From Negaprion brevirostris (taxonomy: Eukaryota), in assembly GCA_030324005.1 (NCBI GenBank), contig JARDVH010000059.1, positions 68,891,383 through 68,955,382 on the forward strand: 64,000 nucleotides of DNA, written 5' to 3'. A model generated the notes under the pieces. The model was not told the origin of the DNA. It did no database searches and was given only the letters and a program-made list of their open reading frames with translations. Made by a program: the position numbers and the translations under genes. This document shows positions 50,029 to 61,714 of the stretch, in pieces (position 1 is the first letter of the stretch; each line of letters starts with the position of its first letter).

Positions 50029-50699
50029 ATCTCTATTTATATTTTTGAGAGTCAGAACCATGAGTTTTATTACTTTTATCAGAGTCCAATTTTCCATACT
50101 TTTGCTAATTGAATTGCAAAATAAAGCTTCCAACAATTCAAATCGATTCCAGATATGCCAATGCTACATCTCTCCTAGTCAGCAATTCCTTCTTTTTGTT
50201 ACTACTGACCAGCACCTAGTCCATACTTTCCCTTGTGGTAAATGATTTTGACTACATTTCAATTAAAACCATATTGTTGCATTTTTTCATCTGTGGCTCC
50301 TGGTCTTGAGTTGATTTTCTAAATCTATTTTGTATTTGCTGTTACTGAAATGGCTTTTAACTGGTGGGCATGAAAGGCGATAAAGATAATTGATAAAAAC
50401 AAGTTAGAATGCTTAAATAGTTTTTCAAAAGTTTGTGCACACAATTACTCATATATTGAAGTAATGACAAGTGATTGTCATACTTCTGATATCACACATT
50501 TATCACATATGCAAATGTATGTGCTAAAACTTCTTAAAACAAGAAAGAAAACCAATAATTTCCTCTTGGTTTCTTGAGAAGGAGCCAGGACTCATCTGCA
50601 CTAACCCAGCTACAGAGAGTTTTTTTCAGATCCAGAAGTTCATCTCTAACTGATTCCAGGTTGCACCTATTTACAGGAATTAGATTTTATGGCTTTACA

Positions 50700-50818
50700 G
50701 AAAGAAAAGAAAGAACTTGCTTTTATATAGTGCCTTTCAGCAGCTCAGAATATTCCAAAATATTTTCCAGACAACCAAGTATTATTTGAATTGTAGTCAC
50801 TGTTGTACTGTGGGCAAG
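50700..50818 (-). mobile_element. DeuSINE/SacSINE1-like 3' tail
   Basis: agaacttgcttttatatagtgcctttca...gtagtcactgttgta. Confidence 0.65.
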
Positions 50819-52907
50819 TTATGCAATGGATTAAATACAGCGGTAAACATCACTGCAAAATAATACATTGGACATTGTGATAATGCTATTGTCCTGATAA
50901 GATTCCCTGAGGTGGGTTGGGGCTCAAGGCGGGAGTCGGGGGAGGTGCAGAATCTGTTTGTATAGCACTGCCTCAGGTAGCTCGATACAGACTGTGTTGG
51001 TTACTCAGGGACATACAGCATTACGCGCTGCCCCTGAGCAGGCTGGGCCATGTTGTTCAGTGAAGTAAATGGAGGAACCTGCACAGGCTGTGCAGATATT
51101 AGCCCTCGGCGCTAGCCTGTCCCCAGGGAAGCAATGCTACACCAATGAACTTCTACTCACTTTCTTTCAATTTACATTTGCCATCTTCAGTAGTGCAAGA
51201 GGGAGTAGGATCGAGAGGAAGACAAAAAAATTGCAGAACAAATTAGTAATTACCTCCGCCCACATTCCATCCCAATCCTGCCCCAGGTTAACTTAGTTAT
51301 TCAGTTTCTAATGTGTAGTTCCGAACTTGTTTGTAGGATTGCAAATTTAACACACTAGTACTAATTTTGAATTTAAAACGTTTCCTTTTTTTGTGTTTCC
51401 TTTGACACAACAGTAGTTAGTTTGAGAATATCAAGGCAGTGAAGTTGGGCTTCAAGGGCAAGTTGAACTGGACTTGCAGAGAATCAACAGCGAATTTTTC
51501 ACCCTGTCACAGCTTCCTTCAACTGAAGTTCGCAGGATGGCAGTTCAATCTGTTTTTGGAGACTCATTTGCTAGAATTTCAATATCCCTGTTACTTGATT
51601 TGAAATTATAAATCTTGACAGTGGGAAATAAGAACTGACACTGAAAAATCAGCTGCTGATTTGCCTGGAGCCTGTTTCATGCCACTGGCGCAGACCAATT
51701 TAATCCTCCTAGGGTTCCAATAGGAGAGACAGATCACTGACTTTGCCTGGTGATCTTTCACATATTCATAAGTGTATAACGCTATTAGTTTAATTTTATT
51801 GCTCATCTTTAATTATACTAGGTAAAATATTTCAGCTAGCTGAATATTTAACAAATATAGTTAAATAGCCAGCTAACTGAAATGTTTTGCTCTCATTACT
51901 ATTGTCTCAAAAGAACAAGAGGTCATGTGACACAGGTTTATGACTCTTTAAAACCAACTTTAAAATTCTTTTCAATTAAATGTTAATTCGAACAGATGTT
52001 GCTGGCATTAGCGAGGGTCCATTCTGTCTACAACAACAAAAATTAAGATATTTCAGGAATTAACCTATAAATCATTATGCGTGTAATGGACTGTAGTATT
52101 TCAAATCAGAAAGTGGTAGCAGATGCAAATTCAGTCCATCTGTTTTATTGTCTCTGAGATGTATCAGTTTCATCACAGTGTCTGGGCAATCGAATTGCAT
52201 ATTAGCTATGAAATATGGCAAAAATTACAATTTAGTTGTTAGTCATTAACCATACCCCACCTTATATCACCGATGTAGATAATGCCCCACCTAAATATTT
52301 GACTAAACTTCTATATTGCAAAGAGTTAAGAATCATCTTTAAAAAGTAAATTTACTGAATGAATGGACAGCTTTTAAAAAACGCACCATGCGTGAATAAT
52401 TTATGCAGAAACTCTATCAAGATGTTGTATCAGTTTCCACCATAAAACCTGGCCCTGGAGGTGGGGAGCGTGGGGGTTCAGTTTGGTGGAGTATGTCTAC
52501 GCTGTGACAGGCAAGGGCCGACAGTTGCAATGCCATTCGGGCATCAGAGGAGGACAAAAGGATAATAAATTTACTAGGTATCAGATTTGTTCAAACTGAA
52601 TAATGGTATTGTGTGCATTCAGGGCTGTTTGTCACAAGTGAGTGCGTGAAAAAATGATCAAAACCCACTTTGTAATATTACCATTTTCCACCTTAAGTAG
52701 AGTCCACTAGCTTTGCAAACAGTGCACTATTAAATGCACTATTCATTTGTAGCTGGGATTGTCACAAATTACATTTTTTTAAAACCAAATGGTATTTAAC
52801 TCAAATGTTGATGCTGGAGCCATTTCATTTTAATGTATCTTGTTGGTGATTTGTAGGAAATGAAGGAAACTTACCTCAGGTTCTGAATTGCAGAGAAAAA
52901 TAATGTT

Positions 52908-53307
52908 GACCAGGAATTAGGAAAACTGCTTACTTTACCTCAAACAATGCCATGGGATTTTTTACATCAAGCTCCACTTGAGTGCTTGAGTACAAGGCTC
53001 GGTGAAGTACCGAGCGAGCACTGCACTGTTGGAGGTACAGGCTAATCTCACCAACAGCTGGGGTTCTCCAGTCCCGCTACTGTGAATGGAGATTTGGCTG
53101 AGCGCCACAGTTTCTGGCAGCAGTAGCAGGATGTGCGAGACCAGAGAATTCCAGTCACAGTCTTTGAGATGAGATGTTAAACCAAGGCTCCATTTGCCTG
53201 CTCGATTGGATATCAAAGATCCTCTGATACTATTTTGAAGAAGAATAAGGTAATTATTCCTGGTGTCCTTCCTGGCTAATATTTATCTTTCAATCATTAT
53301 CATAAAA
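52908..53307 (+). mobile_element. DeuSINE (SacSINE1/AmnSINE1-like) with Deu domain; inverted fragment at 52908-52980
   Basis: gatgagatgttaaaccaaggc...aaagatcctctgatactattttgaagaagaa...cctggctaatatttatc. The 52908-52980 segment is the reverse complement of part of this domain. Confidence 0.75.
53040..53156. mobile_element. Harbinger-type MITE nested in the DeuSINE
   Basis: TSD ACA at 53037-53039 and 53157-53159. Removing it restores ggaggt-aca-gtcttt-gatgag. Confidence 0.7.
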
Positions 53308-55106
53308 ANNNNNNNNNNNNNNNNNNNNNNNNNNNNNNNNNNNNNNNNNNNNNNNNNNNNNNNNNNNNNNNNNNNNNNNNNNNNNNNNNNNNNNNNNNNN
53401 NNNNNNNNNNNNNNNNNNNNNNNNNNNNNNNNNNNNNNNNNNNNNNNNNNNNNNNNNNNNNNNNCTTTCTCCTTTTTTAAATGCAATCAGCCAGACGGTC
53501 AGTTAACATCTTAACCAAAAGTTTGATCCTGAAGAATATAAATCATGTCTAATGGTACGAACAGTTCCTCATTTTCAGCCTCAGCGCAATTACTGTGAAC
53601 CAGCAATCTGTCCAGAGAGCATGAAGAAGTGGGAAAATGAGCTGAAACTGAGTCATGGTGGACATCTCCAGGAGAACTTTCAACAGCTAGAGTTGGTGAA
53701 AACTTTTTCACAACCTTTTTTTCTAATTGACTTTGGATTTTTGAGTTCGTTTTGATCTCTTGCAACATTGTGCTTCGTCGGGTGGACAATTTGCGTACCT
53801 TCACCAGCCTTGCAACATGACCAAACATTCGGTCTCATTGTTTCAGCCGGAAAGTCTAGCATTTATCAAATTCTATAAAAAAGATATTCTGAGAAAAGTA
53901 TTTTAACCCAGTATGAACTATTCCATAATTGCATGTTTTTACATATTGTGCTCAGTGTTTTACTTAGTTATATACACTATTCAAGCCCTAAGTCAGTTAG
54001 TAGTAGCCTGTATATGTTGGTCTAATAACGTGATGTTCTTGACCATTCAAGGCAGTCAGGAGATCAGAGTGAGCATTGTGCATGATCACCGGTTATAATG
54101 CAGAAATTCAGGGATAACTGCTGATCCTGAGCATGCAGATGTTCAAGTGATATACATCAGCCCTGTTCAAGGAGGTCGTCATTTTGTAGGGAATATAAGA
54201 CGAAGCAAGGTGAGAATGCTTCAACTGTAGTTCAAAGGCAAATATAGACATTTACAAAGCCACTCTTATTTACCCATTGGAGAAAACAGGCCTGAATATG
54301 CCAGCCTTCATTTGTCTGATAGTAAGAATCAAAGTTATAGAAAGTGGCTTGTTGTGCTCATTCACATTCCTCTCTCTTGCACTGTTCTGCTGACTGTACT
54401 GCTCCATTTTGGGAATGGCGCTGCAAAGACCCAGTGTAAAACAAAATGTGAATGTGGGGAGGATACATATTTCCGATCATTCTAATCTTTCATATCAGTG
54501 ACAGGGACAGATTTGATGGAGCAGAACAGATTCGGCAACAGGATATAAATTTCAATAGACAATGAAAAATACTAATCTAATTCTGTTAGGTTTAATCTAT
54601 AGTAATGTGTCTCAGGAGATATTTGATTGTTGCTGTCAGTTAACGTACTTATCACACTTCATTAATACTGAAGTCTGAATTTGTGAGTTCAGGGTGGAAT
54701 CCTGAACCATAGAAACCAGAGGTTCTCTGAATGGCATGTGCTGGCTTCCAGTCACTTACAACATGCTCCTTGGGGCACCTTATACTAGAAAGGGGGCTGG
54801 TGTAGACAAGACATGAATGCATGGAAGCTTTCAAAGTGGCAGATTGTGACAACAAACAGCTGTAAGGCTGATCTGATGCATATTCAGCAATAAGGTCTCG
54901 TGAACACATTGTGCTAACCACTCACAGCTGAACATACATCCAGCCAATATAGGATCTCCACCCACAACTGTTCGCCCCTTCCCCCAATCCCTCCGCCACC
55001 GACTCACCTCCCGCTTTCCATAACATCTTTATCCTCAACACATCTGGCAATGCAAAAGCAAATATGTATTATTTAGTTGTTCCTATCTTCCATGTGCTTT
55101 GCCTGG

Positions 55107-55368
55107 NNNNNNNNNNNNNNNNNNNNNNNNNNNNNNNNNNNNNNNNNNNNNNNNNNNNNNNNNNNNNNNNNNNNNNNNNNNNNNNNNNNNNNNNNNNNNN
55201 NNNNNNNNNNNNNNNNNNNNCTGGGATTGTTTAAGACTTATCTGGATAGCCACATGAACAGACTGGGAATGGAGGGATACAAACGAATAGTCTAGTTGGG
55301 CGCATGAGCAGCACAGGCTTGGAGGGCCGAAGGGCCTGTTCCTGTACTGTATTGTTCTTAGTTCTTTG
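55107..55368 (+). mobile_element. CR1 LINE 3' end (gap at the 5' side)
   Basis: LGLFKTYLDSHMNRLGMEGY plus ggagggccgaagggcctgttcc tail. Confidence 0.85.
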
Positions 55369-55369
55369 A

Positions 55370-57322
55370 TAGAATTGGATGATGTCTTGGGCTGGGCACT
55401 GACTGCACTACCTCAGCATGTGTGGCAGCAGTCTGGGCTGGCTGGCCAACAGGCCTCAGCAAGGAAATTGATTGAGTGATGGTGGGGGAGTATGAATGCT
55501 CTCACCCTCAGAGCAGGTTTGTTCTCCAAGGAATCAAAGCCACTCCCACAGAGTGGCATTTCACCAATCCTAATGACCTATTGCAGATATGTTGGGAATG
55601 GTCTGGACTAATGTGAGGCTGTATAAACCCCTTCAAACACTGACACTCACAGCAGTAATCTGAGCTTGAAAAACGGCAAGCCTGGATTTCATGACCTTAG
55701 GCTGAACTTGCACTGCAGCACTGAGATGTTGGCTGGCTGTCGCCTGTGCTGAAGTGGAAGCTGAGACAACAGCAACTAGATATTGAATCATGGTTGTTGG
55801 ATCCACAAACGCTGTCATGGGACAGGCCATTACTTTCACGCTGGAAGGAATTGGCTTCAAGCTCTGCATGATGCCGTCTGCCACATTGGACCCAGATTTC
55901 TCCATGCTCATTGACAGTTGCTGGAAGGTTCTGACAGACTTACCAATGCATTAAACATGTTGGCATGCATGCTCTGTCTGCTGCTGAGTTGTTGCAGAAC
56001 CTTTGTGTAACTTCACCTTCCAGTGAACTGGCCATTTCTCCTGGCCTGGCTGCAGCTCACTCATGCCTAGCCCCTCACCACATCCAGATATCAACTGTGC
56101 ATTAGCATCTATGCTAAATGCAGTGCCAATATCTGAGCTGGTAGCTGCAGGTGTTAGATCAAGTGATGGTGTTTTGTTCCTTGGAGGTTGTAGCAGCTTT
56201 TCACCTTCCTCATGAGGCTGAACGAGCTGATCATGTGGCAACTCTTGGGTATCTGATGGCAAGGAATACGAAAGGGAGGGTTGTATGAGGAAAGGGAGCT
56301 TGGGTTGGAAAATAAGAGATCCATGGTCCATGACTGTGACTTGTGGCTCAGGCCATATAGCAGGATGAAGGTGAAGTGGAGGTTTGAAAGGGCATGATGC
56401 AGGAACACACCTGGATGTGCTCAGCGACATCTGATGTGACAACATCTGTAACAGCTGGCCCCATGATGCTGAACATGGTCTTCTCCAGCTGGCTTATTCA
56501 TTACAGCCGTGTCTGCCCTCTTTTGGTTCTGCGCTGCAGGTAGGAGCCACCATGTGATATAGAGAGTGTAGGATGTCAGTGAGTGTATTGCATCTTGATT
56601 TTGTGAGATTTGTCGCAGCTGGATAGTTGGAGCAGTGAGAAATGGCTGTGAGACTGGCATCACTGGTGGGTTTGGCAGGGTGCATTGAAGCTTCAGAACC
56701 TTAGGTCTGGGTACTTTGCTGGGGACTGCTGCTGGGTGATTGATAGAGTTTTGGTGCAGTGGGCAGTGTGAGAGGTTGGCGCTATGGTGAATAGGTCATT
56801 TGAAGATGCTTTCACTGACCCCTTGACCACCACCCATGTGATATCATTGACCTGCTTGGGGCACTGATGCCAGGTCCTTGGGTGCAAACTGCAGAAACTG
56901 ACCTCCATGTCCACCTGTGCACATATACTGCTAAAGGCAGAAACATGGCCTCTCTCCTCCTACCAATTATCTGGATCAAAGTTCTCAGCGCCACATTCAG
57001 GAACTGTTTCTCTGTTTGGTTCCCTACTCCTTACAGCCAATTCATGCAGAAACAGCCAGCAGCAACTTCTTTATAATTCGTGCAGTTCCATTTCGAGAGA
57101 GATAGATTGCCTGTAAGAGCTGGGTGTTAGGTGGAATATGGCTCTCTGTCGAGTGTTCAGCCAGCTGTGCAGGTAGTGCTCAGATAAATGGGACAATCAT
57201 GGAAATGAAGAAGCAGCACAAAATCTGCATGCTGCCTGCCTCAACAGGACTGGGCAAGGGCTGATTGCAAGTTGCCGGAATTTTACTGCCTTGCCCGCTC
57301 AAGGCTCATAAGATCCCACCCG
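55370..57322 (-). mobile_element. Harbinger Myb/SANT gene relic
   Basis: Minus-strand FLNVALRTLIQIIGRRREAMFLP and RTWHQCPKQVNDIT. Terminus taagatcccaccc. Confidence 0.7.
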
Positions 57323-57534
57323 AGGCCAACAGAGAATTCCGGCAACTGTGTCCAAACGTGAGATCAAACCAATTTTTAGCCCTCTGTCTCTTAAAGGGCA
57401 ATTTCCTGAAGATAGTCAGTGGGCAGGGTGGGGGAGGGGATGGAGTGGGTGTAGGCGAGGTGGGTGGGGGGGGGGGCGTTGTGTGCTAGCAAACTTATCA
57501 GCCCCATTGGCTGTTCCTCAGTACTTGATTTTAA

Positions 57535-58104
57535 NNNNNNNNNNNNNNNNNNNNNNNNNNNNNNNNNNNNNNNNNNNNNNNNNNNNNNNNNNNNNNNNNN
57601 NNNNNNNNNNNNNNNNNNNNNNNNNNNNNNNNNNNNNNNNNNNNNNNNNNNNNNNNNNNNNNNNNNNNNNNNNNNNNNNNNNNNNNNNNNNNNNNNNNNN
57701 NNNNNNNNNNNNNNNNNNNNNNNNNNNNNNNNNNNNNNNNNNNNNNNNNNNNNNNNNNNNNNNNNNNNNNNNNNNNNNNNNNNNNNNNNNNNNNNNNNNN
57801 NNNNNNNNNNNNNNNNNNNNNNNNNNNNNNNNNNNNNNNNNNNNNNNNNNNNNNNNNNNNNNNNNNNNNNNNNNNNNNNNNNNNNNNNNNNNNNNNNNNN
57901 NNNNNNNNNNNNNNNNNNNNNNNNNNNNNNNNNNNNNNNNNNNNNNNNNNNNNNNNNNNNNNNNNNNNNNNNNNNNNNNNNNNNNNNNNNNNNNNNNNNN
58001 NNNNNNNNNNNNNNNNNNNNNNNNNNNNNNTGAATGGCGGGGCAGGCTCGAAGGGCTGGATGGCCTACTCCTGCTCCTATTTCTTATGTTCTTATGTTCT
58101 TATG
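57535..58104 (+). mobile_element. CR1 LINE 3' end (mostly gap)
   Basis: tgaatggcggggcaggctcgaagggc...ggcctactcctgctcctat with (ttcttatg)n tail. Confidence 0.8.
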
Positions 58105-58109
58105 TTATG

Positions 58110-59781
58110 ATGTGTTTGTGATAAGATGGTCACCTGATCTACCATTAGGTTTTCAGACTGAGCAGCAACCATGAGTTTGAACTGACTTGGCAATAAAAGC
58201 AAATTGTGATCATTGCAAAGCCATGTTCTTTGGGAACTGGGATGATTGATCATTTGTTCTGTTCGCCAACAGGCAGACTGTGCTGGGTTGGGTACATTAA
58301 AATCTGGAAGGAGCATGTAGCCGTGGTGAAACAGAAACTGGGTGTGTGAGAGTAATGCTCTCTCTCCTTTACAGGTAAGAACCTGGTCATCTGATATGAA
58401 ATGTATTACCCATGGTGTTCATCCAAGCCATTTCCCACTTTGCCTGAAAATCGCAAATGGACTGTGTTCCTTGGGACACAATGTACAAATCTCTAATCAA
58501 AGACATAACATACATACCCAACATCACCTTCATTCTGATGGCTAACTACGTGTGTGGCTGCAACAAGTTGTGTATAGAATCCCCAGTGTGCAAACACTAA
58601 ATGTCACTACATACTGAGGCTGTATTTATCCCCTGGTGTTGTGAAGGATGGGGCTGGTCACTTATTGTGGAATACACCAGTCAGTTGAACTGTATCATGC
58701 CACTATCCATTGTGGAAATATTTATGCAGAAAAGCACCTTTGGCCACAAGTCCATCAGGCAGTGGTCTATACTGTTCCTTGAGGCCCTGTGGACAAAGGA
58801 GAAGGTGAATCTTGTCAGATATCTTGTCAGATCTGAATCTTGTGATCTTGTGATTCTTGTCAGATCTGAGCAGACTGTCAAAGTCATTTGGCAGAATGCC
58901 TCATCACCAGAACAGTATACAAGTCCAAAATGTAGCCTGCCTTGTGGTGAGAAGGGCACTCTGTGTCAGATTCTTCCTGCGTGCCTGGTGTGCCACTGTG
59001 ATTGCACGCTGCTCTTGAGGGACTGGGGTGAGGAACAGACCATTATTACTCACCTCCTTCTGGAATATTCCTTTCTGGAAAGGGATGGAATGGTTTTTGA
59101 GGTGTTTTAACCTGAGCAGCTATATATTGAAGGACTCTGTGTTTCACATAGGGACATACACTGAGATAAGCATCAACTGTTGCTGGAGGAGCAACAATTT
59201 GGCAAAGGACGCTCTTTGGTCTGTCCAAAGCTTGCTCTGTTGATCAGATGTTATAGACTGTACATTCCGGAGTCCAGGACTTAGGTGCACAGTAAAGCTG
59301 ATGTAACCATTGCAAAGGCTTAACGGGGATAGGCCAGAGTCAAAGAACCTGCCAGCATAATACACTGAAAAACTGGAAACTGGGTAAAATAACCTTGCGT
59401 TGTATATTTGACATGAAATGTAGGGTGGTATTTTCCATGCGTCCCCGTGGTGTTTCACAGAGGCGGAGGTGACCTGCCATTGACTGATGGCGAGATATTC
59501 TGGTCTCACCACTGTCAGTGGGGTTTCCCCCACCCCTGCTGCTGGGAAATCCACCGTGGGGGTTTCACCATCAGCAGGTCTGGAAGATCCTATGGGTGAG
59601 AATGGCCAGGAAATTCTGGCTGTATAATGTAAAATTAAGCTGCAATTTTAAGTGAATTGGGGCACCTCAGAGTGTCATATATGGTATTTATAGATTTTGC
59701 ACTTTGTGATGTCAACTTTGAACTGTCATGGAATGTACTTCTATAGATTTTATGAATGAAGTGTATTTTTTGAGAAAAAAA
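58110..59781 (+). mobile_element. Tx1-clade LINE ORF2 C-terminal relic
   Basis: AMFFGNW, VKQKLG, GKNLVI, CGCNKLCI...NTKCHYILRLYLSP, VKVIWQNASSPE, ITHLLLE, INCCW...KDALWS. Ends tgaatgaagtgtattttttgagaaaaaa. Confidence 0.85.
59423..59621. mobile_element. Harbinger-type MITE nested in the Tx1 3' UTR
   Basis: gggtggtattttcc / ggaaattctggct termini. TSD GTA at 59420-59422 and 59622-59624. Confidence 0.75.
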
Positions 59782-60747
59782 GTTGGTTATATGACAGTAT
59801 TTGGGATATATATTTTATTTCACTTTATAATTTTAGTTGATTAAAATGGTAATTTACAGTGGGAGCACTATTTTATATTTCCATTTTTTTTTGCTGAGGT
59901 TATCCAATGCAGGGAAGTATGCGAACAAGCTTTTCTATAGGAGCCGAGAGTCATTGTGTTACACAGAATGTGTGGTGGTTCTGGTAAAAGCAATCTAGGA
60001 TAAGATTAATGAATTCCATCTGTGGTTTTATATGTCACAGCTGCTGCCTAAACTAAATAAAGTATGTTTTTATTTTAAAAATCTAAGGGGCGAAGTAGCT
60101 TGCTTGGGGCCAGAAAGACACTCCGCACTAATATGCGCATAAAAAGTAGATAGTTATCCACATACCCATACAATAAATCACTGCCAGTGGGATCCTGAGC
60201 TACGGGTGTCCAAGCTTTCTGTCTTTGTGAGCTACATAGGTGCAACTCCATGGAGCCTTAGGGGTCACACATAAAGCTTAGGTTCACGCTGCTATTACTT
60301 CGCATACATCAAAAGTTGTTGATAGTTTCAGATCTTGGTGGTCTAAGGATTTATCCACCAGTGAGGCAACTGCACTAAAAATTTCATTTCCAAATCTCCA
60401 GGCCCATAAAATTCAAACAGGACAAACCAACAAATGAAAAAATACCTCGCCACAAATAGGACTGAGACGACGAGGCTCTTAGGACTGGATTGGCAGGACT
60501 GTGACACTGCTTGTGACCTGATAAACCAGATGAAATCAAATGAATTGACTGAGTGATCACTAAAAATAAAGTATTGGACACTCATTATGTTTGTTTAAGA
60601 TTCTGCAGACAGCAGACCTCCAAACTCACGTGTAAAATTCAGATGTGCAAAAGATAATAACAAAATCCAGAGATGAACAAAGACCATTTGCTTCACTCTT
60701 TTTACATTTCCGTGGTAGGGTCTGAGTTTATTTTGAACAGCTCCATT

Positions 60748-60873
60748 GGTCAGAATTTTACTGCCGTGTCCACCTCAAAATCATGCCAGGCGCGGCTCAC
60801 AGAATGGAATTCTCTGTTGTCTTCGGGTGGGATTTTATGAGCCTCACCCGAGTGAAGTCATTAAAAACCGACC
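60748..60873. mobile_element. MITE, same family as 6770-6895
   Basis: ggtcagaattttactgcc ... gtcattaaaaaccgacc. Internal similarity (agaat-g-ttctc-gttg-ct-cggg-gggat). Confidence 0.7.
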
Positions 60874-61089
60874 ACTGTCTCTGCCTCTGCTACCCTATAT
60901 TGTCCCAAACACTGTTACTGAATAGAAACTCTTTCTTACATTTGTTTCAAATTTAGTTTTCGTATTAGATCCTCTGGTCCTATTTCCCTACGAAAACATG
61001 AGTACTAATGGAATATTATTGTATTTATGCAGCTTTATATTTTATATGCATAAAATTTAGCTCTGTAGCACATGCTATTTCAGCATCAA

Positions 61090-61555
61090 ATGTACCGTTT
61101 GTGTCTGGACTGCAGGATGTGGGAGTTTATGGATAGTGAGACTATCCCGAGCAAACATGTCTGTGGGAGATGTCGCCAATTTGAATCTCTCTAGCTCAGA
61201 GTCATTCAACTGGTGTAGTAGTTGGAGAGGTTCTGACTCATAAAGTGGAGGGGGTTGGGAGGGGTGGTTGTGGGAGTAAGGAATTCCCAGACAGTTTTAT
61301 CCATAATACAGTCACAGCTCAGATGAAAACAGGGTCTGAAAAGGAATGCCGGGTAGCAGGAATTTAGAAGACGTTCACAATGCAGAACGCGGTGGCTCAG
61401 AACTCTGTCCAGAGAGGGGAGAGCCGAACAGAAGTGTGATAGTAAAAGGCACTCTTGAATTGTGGNNNNNNNNNNGGTGCGTTGTCTACCTGGTGCTCGG
61501 GTCAGTGATATCTCACAGCAGCTGCAGAGGAGCTTGGAAAAGGGAGGGGGTAAAT
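61090..61555 (+). mobile_element. CR1 ORF1 relic
   Basis: CLDCRMWEF...KHVCGRCRQ zinc finger and VRCLPGARVSDISQQL esterase motif. Confidence 0.8.
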
Positions 61556-61557
61556 CC

Positions 61558-61712
61558 ATATACGCTCAATCCTTTGAGTGAAAAAAACTTTGCTTTATCT
61601 CCATTTTAAATGGGTGATCATTTATTTTTAAACAGTAGCCCCCTAGTTCTAGACTCTTCCACAAGAGGAAACATCCACCCCATATCCACCCTGTCAACAC
61701 CCCACAGGATCT
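61558..61712 (-). mobile_element. CR1 ORF2 3' fragment
   Basis: Minus-strand KILWGVDRVDMGWMFPLVEESRTRG. Confidence 0.8.
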
Positions 61713-61714
61713 TG

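Noticed and set aside
52875-52882. 8-nt minus-strand micro-exon candidate (ttctctgcaattcag|aacctgag|gtaagt)
   Set aside because: Not frame-preserving, abuts a SINE fragment, and has no other support
53511-53862. Overlapping 60-105 aa ORFs in unique sequence
   Set aside because: No motifs; in-frame stops lie between the nearest acceptor and each ORF
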